Source: Utricularia gibba (taxonomy: Eukaryota; Plantae; Magnoliophyta). Taken from it: a stretch of DNA of 64,000 nt. A model generated the notes under the pieces. That model saw only the letters and a list, made by a program, of their open reading frames with translations. It made no database searches and was not told where the DNA came from. Made by a program: the position numbers and the translations under genes. The stretch covers positions 1,426,001-1,490,000 of the forward strand of contig NEEC01000017.1 of NCBI GenBank assembly GCA_002189035.1, read 5' to 3'. Of this stretch, positions 29,333 to 40,697 are shown in pieces; the first letter of the stretch is position 1, and each line of letters opens with the position of its first letter.

Positions 29333-30448
29333 ATGGCTGCTTCCAATCTGACAATGTGGGTATCCTCCAAGCCTGAAGCATCTTCCCTGTCCTCGCGCTC
29401 CTTCCTCGCCCCTCTTCCTCTTCATATCACTGGCGCCGGCGTCGCTGCATCGCCTTCCAGATCGACCCTAATCCAGTGTGGCCTCCGTGAGCTCCGTGAT
29501 CGGATTGATTCCGTTAAAAATACCCAGAAAATTACAGAGGCGATGAAGCTCGTCGCCGCGGCTAAGGTCCGGAGAGCCCAGGAAGCAGTCGTTAACGCTA
29601 GGCCGTTCTCGGAAACGCTCGTCGAAGTTTTGTATAACATAAATGAGCAGCTGGGTACAGAGGATATCGATGTTCCGTTGACAAAAGTTCGCCCTGTCAA
29701 AAAGGTTGCGTTGGTTGTCGTCACCGGAGATCGTGGTCTCTGCGGCGGATTCAATAACTCGATTATCAAGAAGGCGGAGGCGCGGATCAGGGATTTGAAA
29801 GCTCTCGGCCTGGAATACACCGTTATCAGCGTCGGCAAAAAGGGGAATTCTTATTTCATCCGTCGCCCACATATTCCGGTGGATAGATTTCTCGAAGGAA
29901 GCAACCTTCCAACGGCGAAGGAGGCTCAAGCGATCGCCGACGACGTGTTTTCCCTTTTCGTGAGTGAAGAAGTGGATAAAGTTGAGCTTCTCTACACCAA
30001 ATTCGTGTCTTTAGTGAAATCCGATCCAGTTATCCACACCTTACTACCGTTATCGCCCAGAGGAGAAATCTGCGACATAAACGGCATCTGCGTCGACGCG
30101 GCGGAGGACGAGTTTTTCCGATTAACTACAAGAGAAGGGAAGCTGACAGTAGAAAGAGACGTGATGCGCACAAAGACAGCCGACTTTTCACCAATCTTGC
30201 AATTTGAGCAGGACCCTGTTCAGATCCTGGATGCTTTGCTACCACTTTACCTCAACAGTCAGATTCTGAGATCTTTGCAAGAGTCTCTTGCGAGCGAACT
30301 TGCAGCGAGGATGAGTGCTATGAGTAATGCTACTGATAATGCAGTTGAGCTGAGGAAGAACTTGTCCAGGGTTTATAACAGGGCAAGACAAGCTAAGATC
30401 ACAGGTGAGATTCTGGAGATCGTTGCAGGAGCTAATGCTTTGACATGA
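29333..30448 (+). CDS. ATPC1: Chloroplast ATP synthase gamma subunit, intronless
   Basis: Transit peptide then CGLRELRDRIDSVKNTQKITEAMKLVAAAKVRRAQ, GDRGLCGGFN, redox loop CDINGIC, ASELAARMSAM, RQAKITGEILEIVAGA; ATG at 29333. Confidence 0.97.
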   Translation: MAASNLTMWVSSKPEASSLSSRSFLAPLPLHITGAGVAASPSRSTLIQCGLRELRDRIDSVKNTQKITEAMKLVAAAKVRRAQEAVVNARPFSETLVEVLYNINEQLGTEDIDVPLTKVRPVKKVALVVVTGDRGLCGGFNNSIIKKAEARIRDLKALGLEYTVISVGKKGNSYFIRRPHIPVDRFLEGSNLPTAKEAQAIADDVFSLFVSEEVDKVELLYTKFVSLVKSDPVIHTLLPLSPRGEICDINGICVDAAEDEFFRLTTREGKLTVERDVMRTKTADFSPILQFEQDPVQILDALLPLYLNSQILRSLQESLASELAARMSAMSNATDNAVELRKNLSRVYNRARQAKITGEILEIVAGANALT

Positions 30449-31209
30449 GGTGAGAAGAACCCACAATCTGTGTAAGCTCTATTCTGGTTGTAACGTTTCT
30501 GCAACTGTTTTTTTCTGCTTTCATATGGACGTTGGAACATGTCTTGTTCAAATATATACATATTTGTAGTTAACAAGATGAGCAGTTCAAGAGATTCTAT
30601 ATCAGTACAGCACAGATTCTGTATTTTTCCATTTGTGCTCCATTGCTGCCTGGTTTACCTTTGAGTTAGTTAGTTGTCCCTTCGACCATGTCTTCCCTGG
30701 AGTACCATTCTGCAGGGTTTCAGAATAGTCATCTGGTTTCTACGAGGATCTTAGAGACATGAGGCCGTCACAGACTGAAACACCGCGTCTGCAGATTGAA
30801 CTGCATACATCACACTCACAGATTGAACGATGTATCTTCTGGTCTTCCTAACGAGCCCTCTTCCGGCGGAGCCCTCCACCGCCGGCCGTGTTTGCTGCAA
30901 TTCTCGAAATTTATTACAAGTAGTTTAGATGTACGATGAAGTATTCCAGAAACATGGAAACGATGCAAAACTTTCTTGCAAGAATAAGATGCACCTGAAC
31001 AATGTAAATCCATAACCATAATGGTCTCGAACAGAACGAACCAGCTCTCCAAAAAAGGAGAAACTAAAAGGACTCCACTGTGGAAGAACAAGGAAATCGA
31101 ACAGTGATCTGCGGTAACCATTTCTTTTTTTTTTTTTTTTACTGGGAATCCACTACAGTTGATATCAGTGAAGGAGCAACGTGAAACCCTAAGAAAGGAA
31201 ACAGGGTGA

Positions 31210-31305
31210 TGAAACGTGATATTGGCACGGCTCAATCAAATAACAAAACCCTAGTTTGTATAGAGCATGGTTTCTCCGATTGAACCGCACCAATATCTCG
31301 TCGTC
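31210..31305 (-). ncRNA. MIR171: MIR171 precursor hairpin; mature miR171 (UGAUUGAGCCGUGCCAAUAUC) at 31218-31238, star arm at ~31278-31298
   Basis: Reverse complement of 31218-31238 is an exact match to the canonical miR171 21-mer; 31278-31298 reads AGAUAUUGGUGCGGUUCAAUC on the minus strand, the complementary 5' arm; 39-nt loop. Confidence 0.95.
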
Positions 31306-31394
31306 CGATCCATCCCATCGGAGAAGAGAGAAAGGGAGCAGCAGGCGAACCCAGAAAGATGTGCAGAACGTGTGGGAAGATGGAGAGACAAGGG

Positions 31395-31401
31395 ATTTAT
31401 A
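31395..31401 (-). promoter_or_regulatory. Probable TATA box of pri-MIR171
   Basis: TATAAAT on the minus strand ~95 nt upstream of the 5' arm, followed by a CT-rich leader. Confidence 0.6.
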
Positions 31402-31797
31402 GAGAAGACGGTTAACGTAAAGGAGGGGTGGCAAAGCAAATAAGCATTAACTCAAAAGAGGGAGAGGCAAGGCAAGGCAACTGCGATTCTCAATTATGGG
31501 GTCGGGTCTAGAAGGAGCGCTTATCTATTGGATGTTCCTCAAACCCTATTCATTGTTCTTAAAAGACATGTGAGAAATTAGGTTTTGTCAGTTTTTGTTC
31601 CTCCTCTTCACAGGTCCACTTAATACCTATACACCACCAACATTTTGAGTCACAAAAACACTTTCTTTTGGAGGTTGCAGGTGCAAGTTCTCTAGATGCA
31701 TTGCTTCTTGTGGGTTGCATTGCATCATGCTGGAGCGGAACCCTAAAGCTCTGGTTTCTGGGATGGGGAAGGGAGGTGACTGGGGCGTGTAGCAGGG

Positions 31798-31818
31798 GAG
31801 GAGGAGGAGGAGGAGGAG
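31798..31818. repeat. (GAG)7 microsatellite
   Basis: Direct reading of sequence. Confidence 0.9.
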
Positions 31819-32371
31819 TACTGTGGTTTATGCTAACAGTGTCACTGCATTGCGAATAACTAACTGTCTGAGAGTGTTGTCTGTGAAAATGAACTAAGCG
31901 AAGCACACTGCATTTAAAGGTTTAAACCCCACTGTCCATATTTCACGTGACGTTGCCTGCTTCTCTCTTCCATGAGCAAGGAACAGTGCATTAAGTGGTA
32001 ACCCCAAAAGCTTCTCATCCGCTTTTTACAGATTTGCAGGCATGGAAAAGTTTCTTCTCCTCTGTCCTTTCTGTTCTTTGCTTGTTTCCTTTTTAGTTTC
32101 TTCTATGGATTTGCGAAAAAAACCACCACCTTCAGGGATGTAATTCAGGAAAGGGGTGATTAGCAGTGGAAGATTACAGTTGTTGTTGATGACCAGAGAG
32201 AGTGATGGAGTAATCAGCTTCGGTTAGAGGGGAGACATGCAAAACCATATTGTTTTCTTTTGGATGGTATCTGGGCTCACAGCTCAATTCATGTACTTTC
32301 ATATCTTGAAAACTATTCAACTAGGTAATGGAGTTACAACTATTCAGTTCCTGTACATTACATGTGCATTT

Positions 32372-33140
32372 TTACACAGAAGCCACGGGGGGAAGTGGTG
32401 GTTCCAGCGGGTTCAAGGTCCTTTCTTCATGAAACGCAGCAGAGGAGTAGACGCAGTAAGTCACGGCAAACAAACCATGTATGAAACAAAGGATTCCTCC
32501 AAAAGACAGGAATCTTCTATCGTAAATCCCGCAGTTCCCTCTCGATCTCGAGTTGGCTAATGCTCCGAGACCAGAAGGGCAAAGGCAACAATGAACAACA
32601 CCCTGTTTGGTAACCACAAGAGAGATTTAGATAGGCAAACAGACAAGCTTGTTATTTGGCAGTGCTTGCTAGGGCTGTGAAATGAGAGCTTTTCTTACCA
32701 TGAGAAGACGAGGGAAACGACAGCAAGTTGTTTGTTAGAAGATGCACGTTGGAGCTCCTCTTTAGATCGAACAAAAACGAAGTGGGTGCTCAAATTAGTC
32801 ATAGCTTGAGCTAATGAAAGGAACACCACCGCAGCCATGCCTAGAGATAAAGCTCTGTAACTCGGGTCTTGGCATCTGATTATCCATACTCTCAAGGACC
32901 TCACCTGAAAAAAAAGGGGGAATCCCCGGCCGGAATTAAACTCTGTGTGTTCGAACTCTATAGCCTTCCCTTCACATAACAAGGATAATGCCACTGAAAC
33001 TATAGAGAGAGGACCTTGTTCTGGGCAATCTCAGCCTGAATCCCGAGAATCCCTGCAACGACGTCGAAGACGATGATCACAAGGCATGCGATGTAGACTC
33101 TGTAGTTCACTATGGACGAAGGAAATAAAGCTCTAGCCAT
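32372..33140 (-). CDS. DUF1218 family (VCC-like) membrane protein; exons 33140-33015, 32904-32699, ~32602-32372; apparent 1-nt deletion near 32570
   Basis: IIVFDVVAGILGIQAEIAQNK/VRSLRVWIIRCQDPSYRALSLG...SKEELQRASSNKQLAVVSLVFSW/...ANSRSRGNCG...LSFGGILCFIHGLF are DUF1218 hallmarks; exon 3 frame breaks before GALANSRS. Confidence 0.85.
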
Positions 33141-33611
33141 GGTAAAATGGGGATGCCATGACAGGGGAAAATGGTATTTAACACGTTAAGTATCGTGCAT
33201 GCCAAGGAAAATGAAATGCCATACTTTGCCTATGTTCAAGAATCAGAATAAAGGAAGCATACGCACGAGAAAAGGTCGGAAATGAATCCTGAAGAGCGCC
33301 GCACACGCAATGCGTTCAACCTGTGAAACAAAGAATCCACATTTTCGTTCATTACCAATGGATTCTACATTCGATTTCGATTTTATCGAAGGTCCAGACC
33401 TCTAACCTCGTATCCCCAAACGAAATAAAAATACCATAAGATTACGTGGTCTCCAAGAAGGTCCCCGGCGGAAGAACAGCCCGAATTGGACGATTCTGGA
33501 AGAAAAAAATGGAGTTCCTGGAATAAGCGAGAGGTTTGCCTTTGCCGCCACCGCGGCCATTTCCGGTATGCACACTGCACAGTGAAAGATGGTGCCCGCA
33601 AGATGATGACG

Positions 33612-33680
33612 TGGGCCATTTCTAATTGGGCTTTTACTCATCCAATTGGGCTTGTGGGTTGTCACGCAGACAAAAGCCCA
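33612..33680. promoter_or_regulatory. Cluster of four site II motifs, probable promoter for a minus-strand transcript
   Basis: tgggcc 33612, tgggct 33627, tgggct 33647, agccca 33675. Confidence 0.5.
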
Positions 33681-35023
33681 ACGAATGGAATTATCTTGCT
33701 TTTCTTTTTTTAAAATTATTTTTGGAAAAAATAAATCATGTTTATTTGATACTGATTTAGATTTATTATATATAAACAATGAATTGTGTGAAGAAAATAG
33801 TGCAAGATTGAATGTGGTATTAAATGTCATAATGTTGAACATGCATTATGAAATCTCATTATATTAAAATTATTATATTGAATTTTTAAAAATTAAAAAT
33901 TAAAAAGCAATTCCATTATTAAATTAAACTTTATTTCAAAATTTGGCACTCATTTGATATATTTTTTTTTTCTGGATTACCTGCAGGCTGCACCTATTGG
34001 GCACCTATGACCTATCTCTCCAAAAGTCAAAATTTGACCCATGGCCTCCACGTTTGACGGTCATCTATACGAGGAAATATTTGACTGTCCTTTCCCCTCC
34101 ACGTGTCTACTCGCCAATGGTTCCATTTATAACGGGGGATATATTTCTTTTAAATAAGGTAGTAAAAATTAGAATAATGCGAAATTGACTAATAATGAAT
34201 AATATTTTTTTATTATTTATATAACTCATGTGTTAATATAAACAAAAAAGTAATTAAACTTTCAAAAAATTCAAAATGTATTTGTTAATTCTTACCGTAC
34301 AAGTTTGATTCGATTTTCAAAACAAAGATTCACAGTTTTCACTTTTGATTTGAATTTTAGGGTGTGGTGAAACGAAGAAAGTGGATTAGGATATGGTGGT
34401 GTAGTGCCGTTGAGGTTGGAGATACAGTTCGAAGCTTTCCATGGGATTAGGCAGTGGGTTAGTTTTCTTGATCTTGATCATGAGTGATCTGCCAAATAAA
34501 CCACGTGCTGTTCCGCTTGCCTCGGGATTCGATTTATATTCTTTCCTTTTCTATTTAAAAGTCTCGTGATCACATTGTTTGACTTTTATTCAGCCTAACT
34601 TTCTTCTGGGTGTAGTAGTTTAATGTGTTTATCCGATTAAACAATCGGGGTGGTACACTTGTCTCGCCAAAAAAGGGGTACGAAAAGGTCTATTTTTCGT
34701 GGGTATCATTGGATCGCTACAGTTCCTTTGTTTTGAATCGGAGTGTGTCTAAATTTCTTATTAAAGTTTATGGCTTGATGTTGTATTTGAAGTTTGAGTA
34801 ATTGGGATTATCTTTACTTGCTCTGCGTGTTCTCATTCTTCGATTTTGAATGTTTTGGGTGGGTGGTCAAGTTACCATGGTTTACATGGATGGAGGGTAT
34901 CTAGAATATGGTAGGTTTGATTAGGCTTTATGGTGAGCTACTCGTACTTGTTTCCAGTGAATTCGAACCAACACTTAAAATTCACAATTTTTTTTCCCTT
35001 TCTGTCCATACAGAGGAGAAGCC

Positions 35024-37107
35024 ATGGAGGATGGTCATTCAAAAAGCTCAGACGCAGCGGACCTTAAGAAGGTCTTACTTTCATCTTCCTCCTGAGTGCC
35101 TATTGAATTTATAGATGTTTTAAAAGAATGGTATATGGGACTTGCGCTGATGCCTTATTGGTCGAAATACCAGGGGAAGTTTCAGGCCATCGTGGTTTGT
35201 TGGTTTCTCGGACTTGGATCTCTTATATCATGGAACAGCATGTTAACCATTGGAGATTATTATTATCAGGTTTTCCCGGTAAGTTCATCAGTTGATCATG
35301 TGCTATGCCACCCTTCTGTATTGATTCCATAAGTTTGATATTTCTCTTTTATCTTGGACATTAGTATCAGTTTTTTTGTACGTGAAGGCATCAAGGGCCG
35401 TATCATGTTGATGATCATAATATGTCCTTCAATATTTTTTTGGTATACAGTCTCTAATGTTGCGCCGTGTCCCAGATGCTTATTCGCCATAGTGTTTTCT
35501 CTGTGTTGCAGAATTATCATCCATCAAGGGTCCTTACTCTGGTTTATCAGCCTTTTGCTGTGGGAACGATGGCCATTCTTGCATGTTACGAATCAAAGCT
35601 TAATACAAGGAAAAGAAACATATTTGGATACATACTTTTCTGCCTCAGCACCCTCGGTCTTCTTCTTGTAAGTGTTGCTTTCAGTAATCTTTGCTGTTCT
35701 TTTTGTATGAAGTATAAGTTGAACATTGTCCAACAGATAGATATAGGGACATCAGGGAGAGGTGGCATTGGGAATTATATTGGTGTTTGCGTTTTTGTTG
35801 CTGCTTTTGGTGTTGCTGATGCCCATGTTCAAGGTGGAATGGTGGGAGATTTAGCTTTCATGTGCCCTGAATTCAATCAGGTGAAAGGATCATCACTTCA
35901 ATCTACATCCAATTCTATGCGCCATGAAAAACACAACTTGTTTATCTTTACCCCTTATACCATTTCCTTTCTCAGTCCTTCTTTGCTGGGCTTGCTGCCT
36001 CCGGAGCTCTCACTTCCGCCTTACGGGTGATAACAAAAGCTTCATTTGATAGAACTGAAAATGGACTTCGCAAGGGAGTCGGTGAGTTACCAATTTCATC
36101 TCTGGACCTGATCATTTGATGTTACCTTTCTATGAGTTCCGTGAACATCCTTCCTTTATCTATCCAGTGCTGTTCCTGGCAATCTCAACCTTCTTTGAGT
36201 TCATATGCATTTTTCTTTACGCATTCGTGTTTGGGAAACTGCCTATTGTGAAGTACTTCCGCAAGAAGGCTGCCACACAAGGATCAAAGACTGTTTCAGC
36301 CGATCTTGCTGCTGTTGGTATCCATGCCTCAGTGGATGAAACGGTAAAACAGGTTCCTTTCATGCTCTTCTCTGTAAAAGGCTTGTTCTTTACATTCACA
36401 ACACTCCCATTCTTCCTTCAGGAGAAACAGGAGAGGTTAAGCAACAAGCAGCTGATATATAAGAACATCGATTATTGCATTGACCTCTATGTGATTTATG
36501 TCCTCACTCTGTCCATTTTCCCTGGATTTCTCTATGAGAACACCGGTAACCATGGATTAGGCTCATGGTATGTGAGATATACCAAAAACCGAAACCTGTT
36601 GGCATAATTCTCTTTGGGGGCTGACTGATGCTATGCTGATCATCTACAGGTACCCCATTCTCCTGATCGCAATGTACAATGTCTGGGATCTCATTGGGAG
36701 ATATGTGCCTCTCATTGAAAGCATCAAGATAGAATCACGAAAGGGCCTCTTGATCTCATGCTTCTCTCGGTTTCTGCTCATTCCTTGCTTCTACTTCACT
36801 GCCAAGTACGGGGACAAAGGCTGGATGATATTCCTCATATCGTTTCTGGGAATAACGAACGGGTATCTGACGGTCTGTGTGCTCTCAGTAGCTCCCAAAG
36901 GGTTCAAGGTGAGCAGCAAATCCATGAAGACAATGTGAACGAACCCACCTCATCATTCCAATCTGATGGAATCTCTCTATTTCTCTTTAACTGCAGGCGC
37001 CAGAGCAGAATGCTCTCGGCAACATCCTGGTGCTGTTTCTTCTCGGAGGCATATTCTCGGGCGTCGCTCTCGACTGGCTCTGGATCATCGGAAATGGGAC
37101 GTTCTAA
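35024..37107 (+). CDS. ENT3: Equilibrative nucleoside transporter 3-like, 9 coding exons, intact
   Basis: CWFLGLGSLISWNSMLTIGDYY, YHPSRVLTLVYQPFA, DAHVQGGMVGDL, QSFFAGLAASGALTS, VLTLSIFPGFLYENTG, NGYLTVCV, NALGNILVLFLLGGI...LDWLWIIGNGTF*. Confidence 0.93.
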
Positions 37108-37524
37108 GCCGCCTGCAAAGTCTGCGGAGCAACTCCAGCAGAGGCGTTCCTTTCGTTTCATACCCTGTTATTCAGATGAAACAGTTGTCCAAACTCTGAT
37201 CATTCTTACTACAGCTATTCTCAATACATCTTCCATCTTCTCCCCACACAGTAAGTAATTGCAGTAAAACTCTTGGTTGCAGCAAGAGAGCGTGCACATA
37301 AAAACCATGGGAGCCTGAACTGAAGAGCCCCTGGTTTGCCCGGCGAGTAAACCAAAACTCCCATTTGCTGCTTCCATTGAATGAGCCAGCCTCTGGTTTT
37401 TTACCTAGAGTTCTCCAGTTTCCCAGACCCCCTGTTTCATGCTCTTCGTTTATATACACATACATGCATGTGTGTGTGTATCGGCTACCGAAGGGGAAAA
37501 AGGGTCTTCTTCATCGATCCATAG

Positions 37525-37748
37525 ATGATTAGTTCGCGGCAGGTGGCAAGGGTGGTGCATGGGAGCGAGATGAGGAACTCGCAGGGAATCAGACACCCGG
37601 GGTCCAAGCGTGAGTCGGCGTTTCTCCGGTTTAAGGACTCCCCAGCAGCGGAGAGGAGAAGGCGGCGGCGGCTGCGGCGGCGAGGATGAGAGCCGCCGAG
37701 GAGTCTCTTCGTACCGTCATGTTCTTGAGCTGCTGGGGTCCCAACTGA
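37525..37748 (+). CDS. Small wound-responsive DUF3774-family protein; apparent 1-nt deletion around 37640-37643
   Basis: 37686-37748 reads MRAAEESLRTVMFLSCWGPN*, the diagnostic DUF3774 C-terminus; upstream ATG 37525 (MISSRQVARVVHGSEMRN) is one base out of frame; TATATA at ~37452. Confidence 0.78.
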
Positions 37749-38238
37749 CGACCCACCAACCGCACCGGGATCTTCCTCTTCCAGCAGTGCGACGTAAATA
37801 GCACATAACCGTTCATCAAGGAATGTTTGTTTTTCAAAAGAATTGTAAATATGAATCTTAAACCATGGATACTTACATTCGATTTCCGCCACTGTCGGCA
37901 TCCTGTATCCCTTCTTGTTGACGCCATTGCAGACGTTGGGACTCGATTCTGTCCCAGAGACTCAAATCCTCCTGCTTTCGATTTCTTCGAATGTTTATGG
38001 GCCCCGCCGCTGACTCTCCTTCTCCCACCATCACCACGGCGGCGGTTATGTCGAACAATCGGCGGAGTTTAGAAATCCGGCGACGGGCTACAGTCATGGG
38101 TCCAGTTTACATAGTAATATCCGTCATTGGGCCTAGTTTAATTTGGGCTCTACATGGCCCAGATTATTTAAGAGATATTGCATTGCATTGCATTATATTC
38201 GTACTTGGGAAGCTTTGGTGTTTCGATATGCATTAATC

Positions 38239-40296
38239 ATGGAAGCTGATCAAGGAATGCACCAATCATCGAAGCCACCTTCCACGGCGGCTGACTCGTC
38301 GGAAAAGGTGCGATTGGCGATGAAGGTGCCTCTATCGTCGCAAAAGGATTCTGCTTCCTCGTTGGTGGTCTCATCTGGGGATCCTGATGCCGTTGTCACC
38401 GGTGGCGGGATCAGGTGCATTCTCATTTCCAGAGATCGTTCCTTTCAGGGTGGTCTCAATAATGATTGGCGTAGACTCTCCGTTTTTTCTCGTCAATGCA
38501 TTTTAGTGTCGATGGATATGTTGATGTTGGATTATCAAGATGTTTGATCGACAGGGAAATATGAGGCAAGTAGGATGAGTTGAAATTGTTACAGAATATT
38601 ATAAGGGATATGGTGAGAATGTTTCAGATTCTGGATTTCCACATCCGGGAGCTTATTAAGATTGAGCCTTCCTTAGCCAAACCTGATCCTTTCATTTCTG
38701 ATAAGATGCTGCATTTCGATTTGCAGCTTCATGACTACTGATAGGAATGCGAGGTTTAGTTATGGCTATTCCAGCTTCCAGGGGAAGCGAGCTTCCATGG
38801 AAGATTACTATGAGACTCGTATATCACAAGTTGATAGCCAGATGGTTGCCTTCTTTGGTGTTTATGATGGTATCCCACACTTTTTGGAAAAGCTCTTTGT
38901 CTGCAAATTTTTTATTGTAGATTTCGTGCACTTCCTCTAGATTCTAGAATGCACATGAAATCCAAGAAATTATGTTGTAAAAACTTGCTTTAGGTTACCT
39001 CATAAATGTGGCTTTGAGTCTCACTACCACATGTATCTGTCATTCAGGACACGGTGGGTCGAAGACTGCAGAGTACCTTAAGAAAAATCTCTTCAAGAAT
39101 CTAAGCAGCCACCCTGAATTTCTTAGGAATACAAAATTAGCCATCAGTATGAACCCCTGCTTGTTTACCATGCTAGTCATTTACTTCAATGAAGGAATTT
39201 TAATTAACGCTTATTGGTTGCAGTTGAAACATTTAAGCAGACTGATACAGATTACCTTAATGAAGAGAAGGGCTCTCAGAGAGACGCAGGTTCAACTGCA
39301 TCTACTGCTGTCCTAGTGCGTGACAAGCTATTTGTCGCTAATGTGGGAGATTCAAGAGTTGTCGCATGTAGAGCTGGTTCAGGTAGCTTTAATCCTTGGG
39401 TGTCACAGTTTTTTTAATCTCATATGCATATGATATGTGCGATGTCTTTTTAACCATGGGTGGTGAAGCCTGTTCCAAGGGAAGCCAGTCTCACGCTTTT
39501 TGTCTTCCCATTGAAGTTGCAGCACATAACCATTACCAAGCAAAGAGTTTTTCCATTGTTGTTTTGTTCACATTACTTATGGTTTTAGTATGTCATTTGT
39601 CGACAAATCTTGGTTTTTTTGGCAGCAATTCCCTTGTCCATTGACCACAAGCCTGATAGGTCTGATGAGCGTGAACGTATAGAACAAGCTGGAGGTTTTA
39701 TCATGTGGGCGGGTAATTTTTTCAAACGTTGTTTGCACGAACTGGCCATAAGTATTCAAGCTGCATCACTTTCAAAATTCAAATACTGACTACTGCTGCT
39801 ACAAATCCAGGAACTTGGAGGGTCGGTGGAGTTCTCGCCGTGTCTCGTGCATTTGGAGATAAATTACTTCGACCATATGTGGTGGCTGAACCAGAGATCC
39901 AGGTATCCCTGTACTAAGTGTACATACTACCAAAGGAATTCCAATGGCACTTTCGTTGACCGTGCTGCTCTCCTGTTTAGGAAGAAGAAATTGAGGGTGT
40001 AGATTTCATTATACTAGCCAGTGATGGACTCTGGAACGTTCTATCGAACAAGGTGAGCATCCGTACCATGGCCACGCATTATTACAGACGAGCACACTGG
40101 AATAAATCCTACGGATGGAGCAGAACTAGATATCTATATTGTTCACATGAACTCTGGTTATTTTACTCAGGAAGCAGTGACTTTGGTAAGAGACATACCA
40201 GATGCTGAAGTAGCATCAAGAAAACTAGTAGATGAAGCTTATGGAAGGGGCAGCTCCGACAACATCACCTGCATCGTTGTTCGATTCCCCAACTGA
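38239..40296 (+). CDS. Protein phosphatase 2C (clade F-like), 8 exons, intact
   Basis: [95 protein letters not shown]. Confidence 0.94.
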
Positions 40297-40697
40297 ATGG
40301 GGCCGGCCAGGCACACAGATAATCAATCAAACCTTTTCTTTTTTATACCGAATATAATCAGTCACATTTGACTACAACATTCTCATTTCCTGTGCATTTG
40401 TCTTACTGGATAATGAGTGTATAAGATTTCATGGTGACAGGTTTTCTGATCCATTAAGTATCTACATGGTTGGTTAACTGCTACCCGGTAAAAATGCACA
40501 AACATATCAAAGAAGATATGCCTTATACAAAACAGCATCGTGATCAGTAAAAACTACTCCGGACTAAATAACCAGCACCATTTTTTATTCTTGGAGACAA
40601 CATGAAACATTATTTACAGACATATGGCCGCTGATTTAGATCAAACAAGTTAGAAAGGTAAATAAAAATTGCAAGCAAGAAAAAGGAAAGAAAATAA

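Noticed and set aside
29422-29929. Long antisense ORFs over ATPC (and similarly over actin, SEUSS, ABC1K3 and KNOX)
   Set aside because: These are expected shadows of codon-biased coding sequence with no independent evidence.
29333-30448. Intronless ATPC as a possible retrocopy
   Set aside because: Arabidopsis ATPC1 is also intronless; the ORF, transit peptide and redox cysteines are intact.
31672-31686. Partial similarity to miR530
   Set aside because: Only an ~11-nt core matches, and there is no complementary arm nearby to form a hairpin.
37485-38097. Minus-strand ORFs 37485-37901, 37631-37927 and 37873-38097
   Set aside because: No family motifs; they are GC-rich shadows of the plus-strand DUF3774 gene and the PP2C upstream region.
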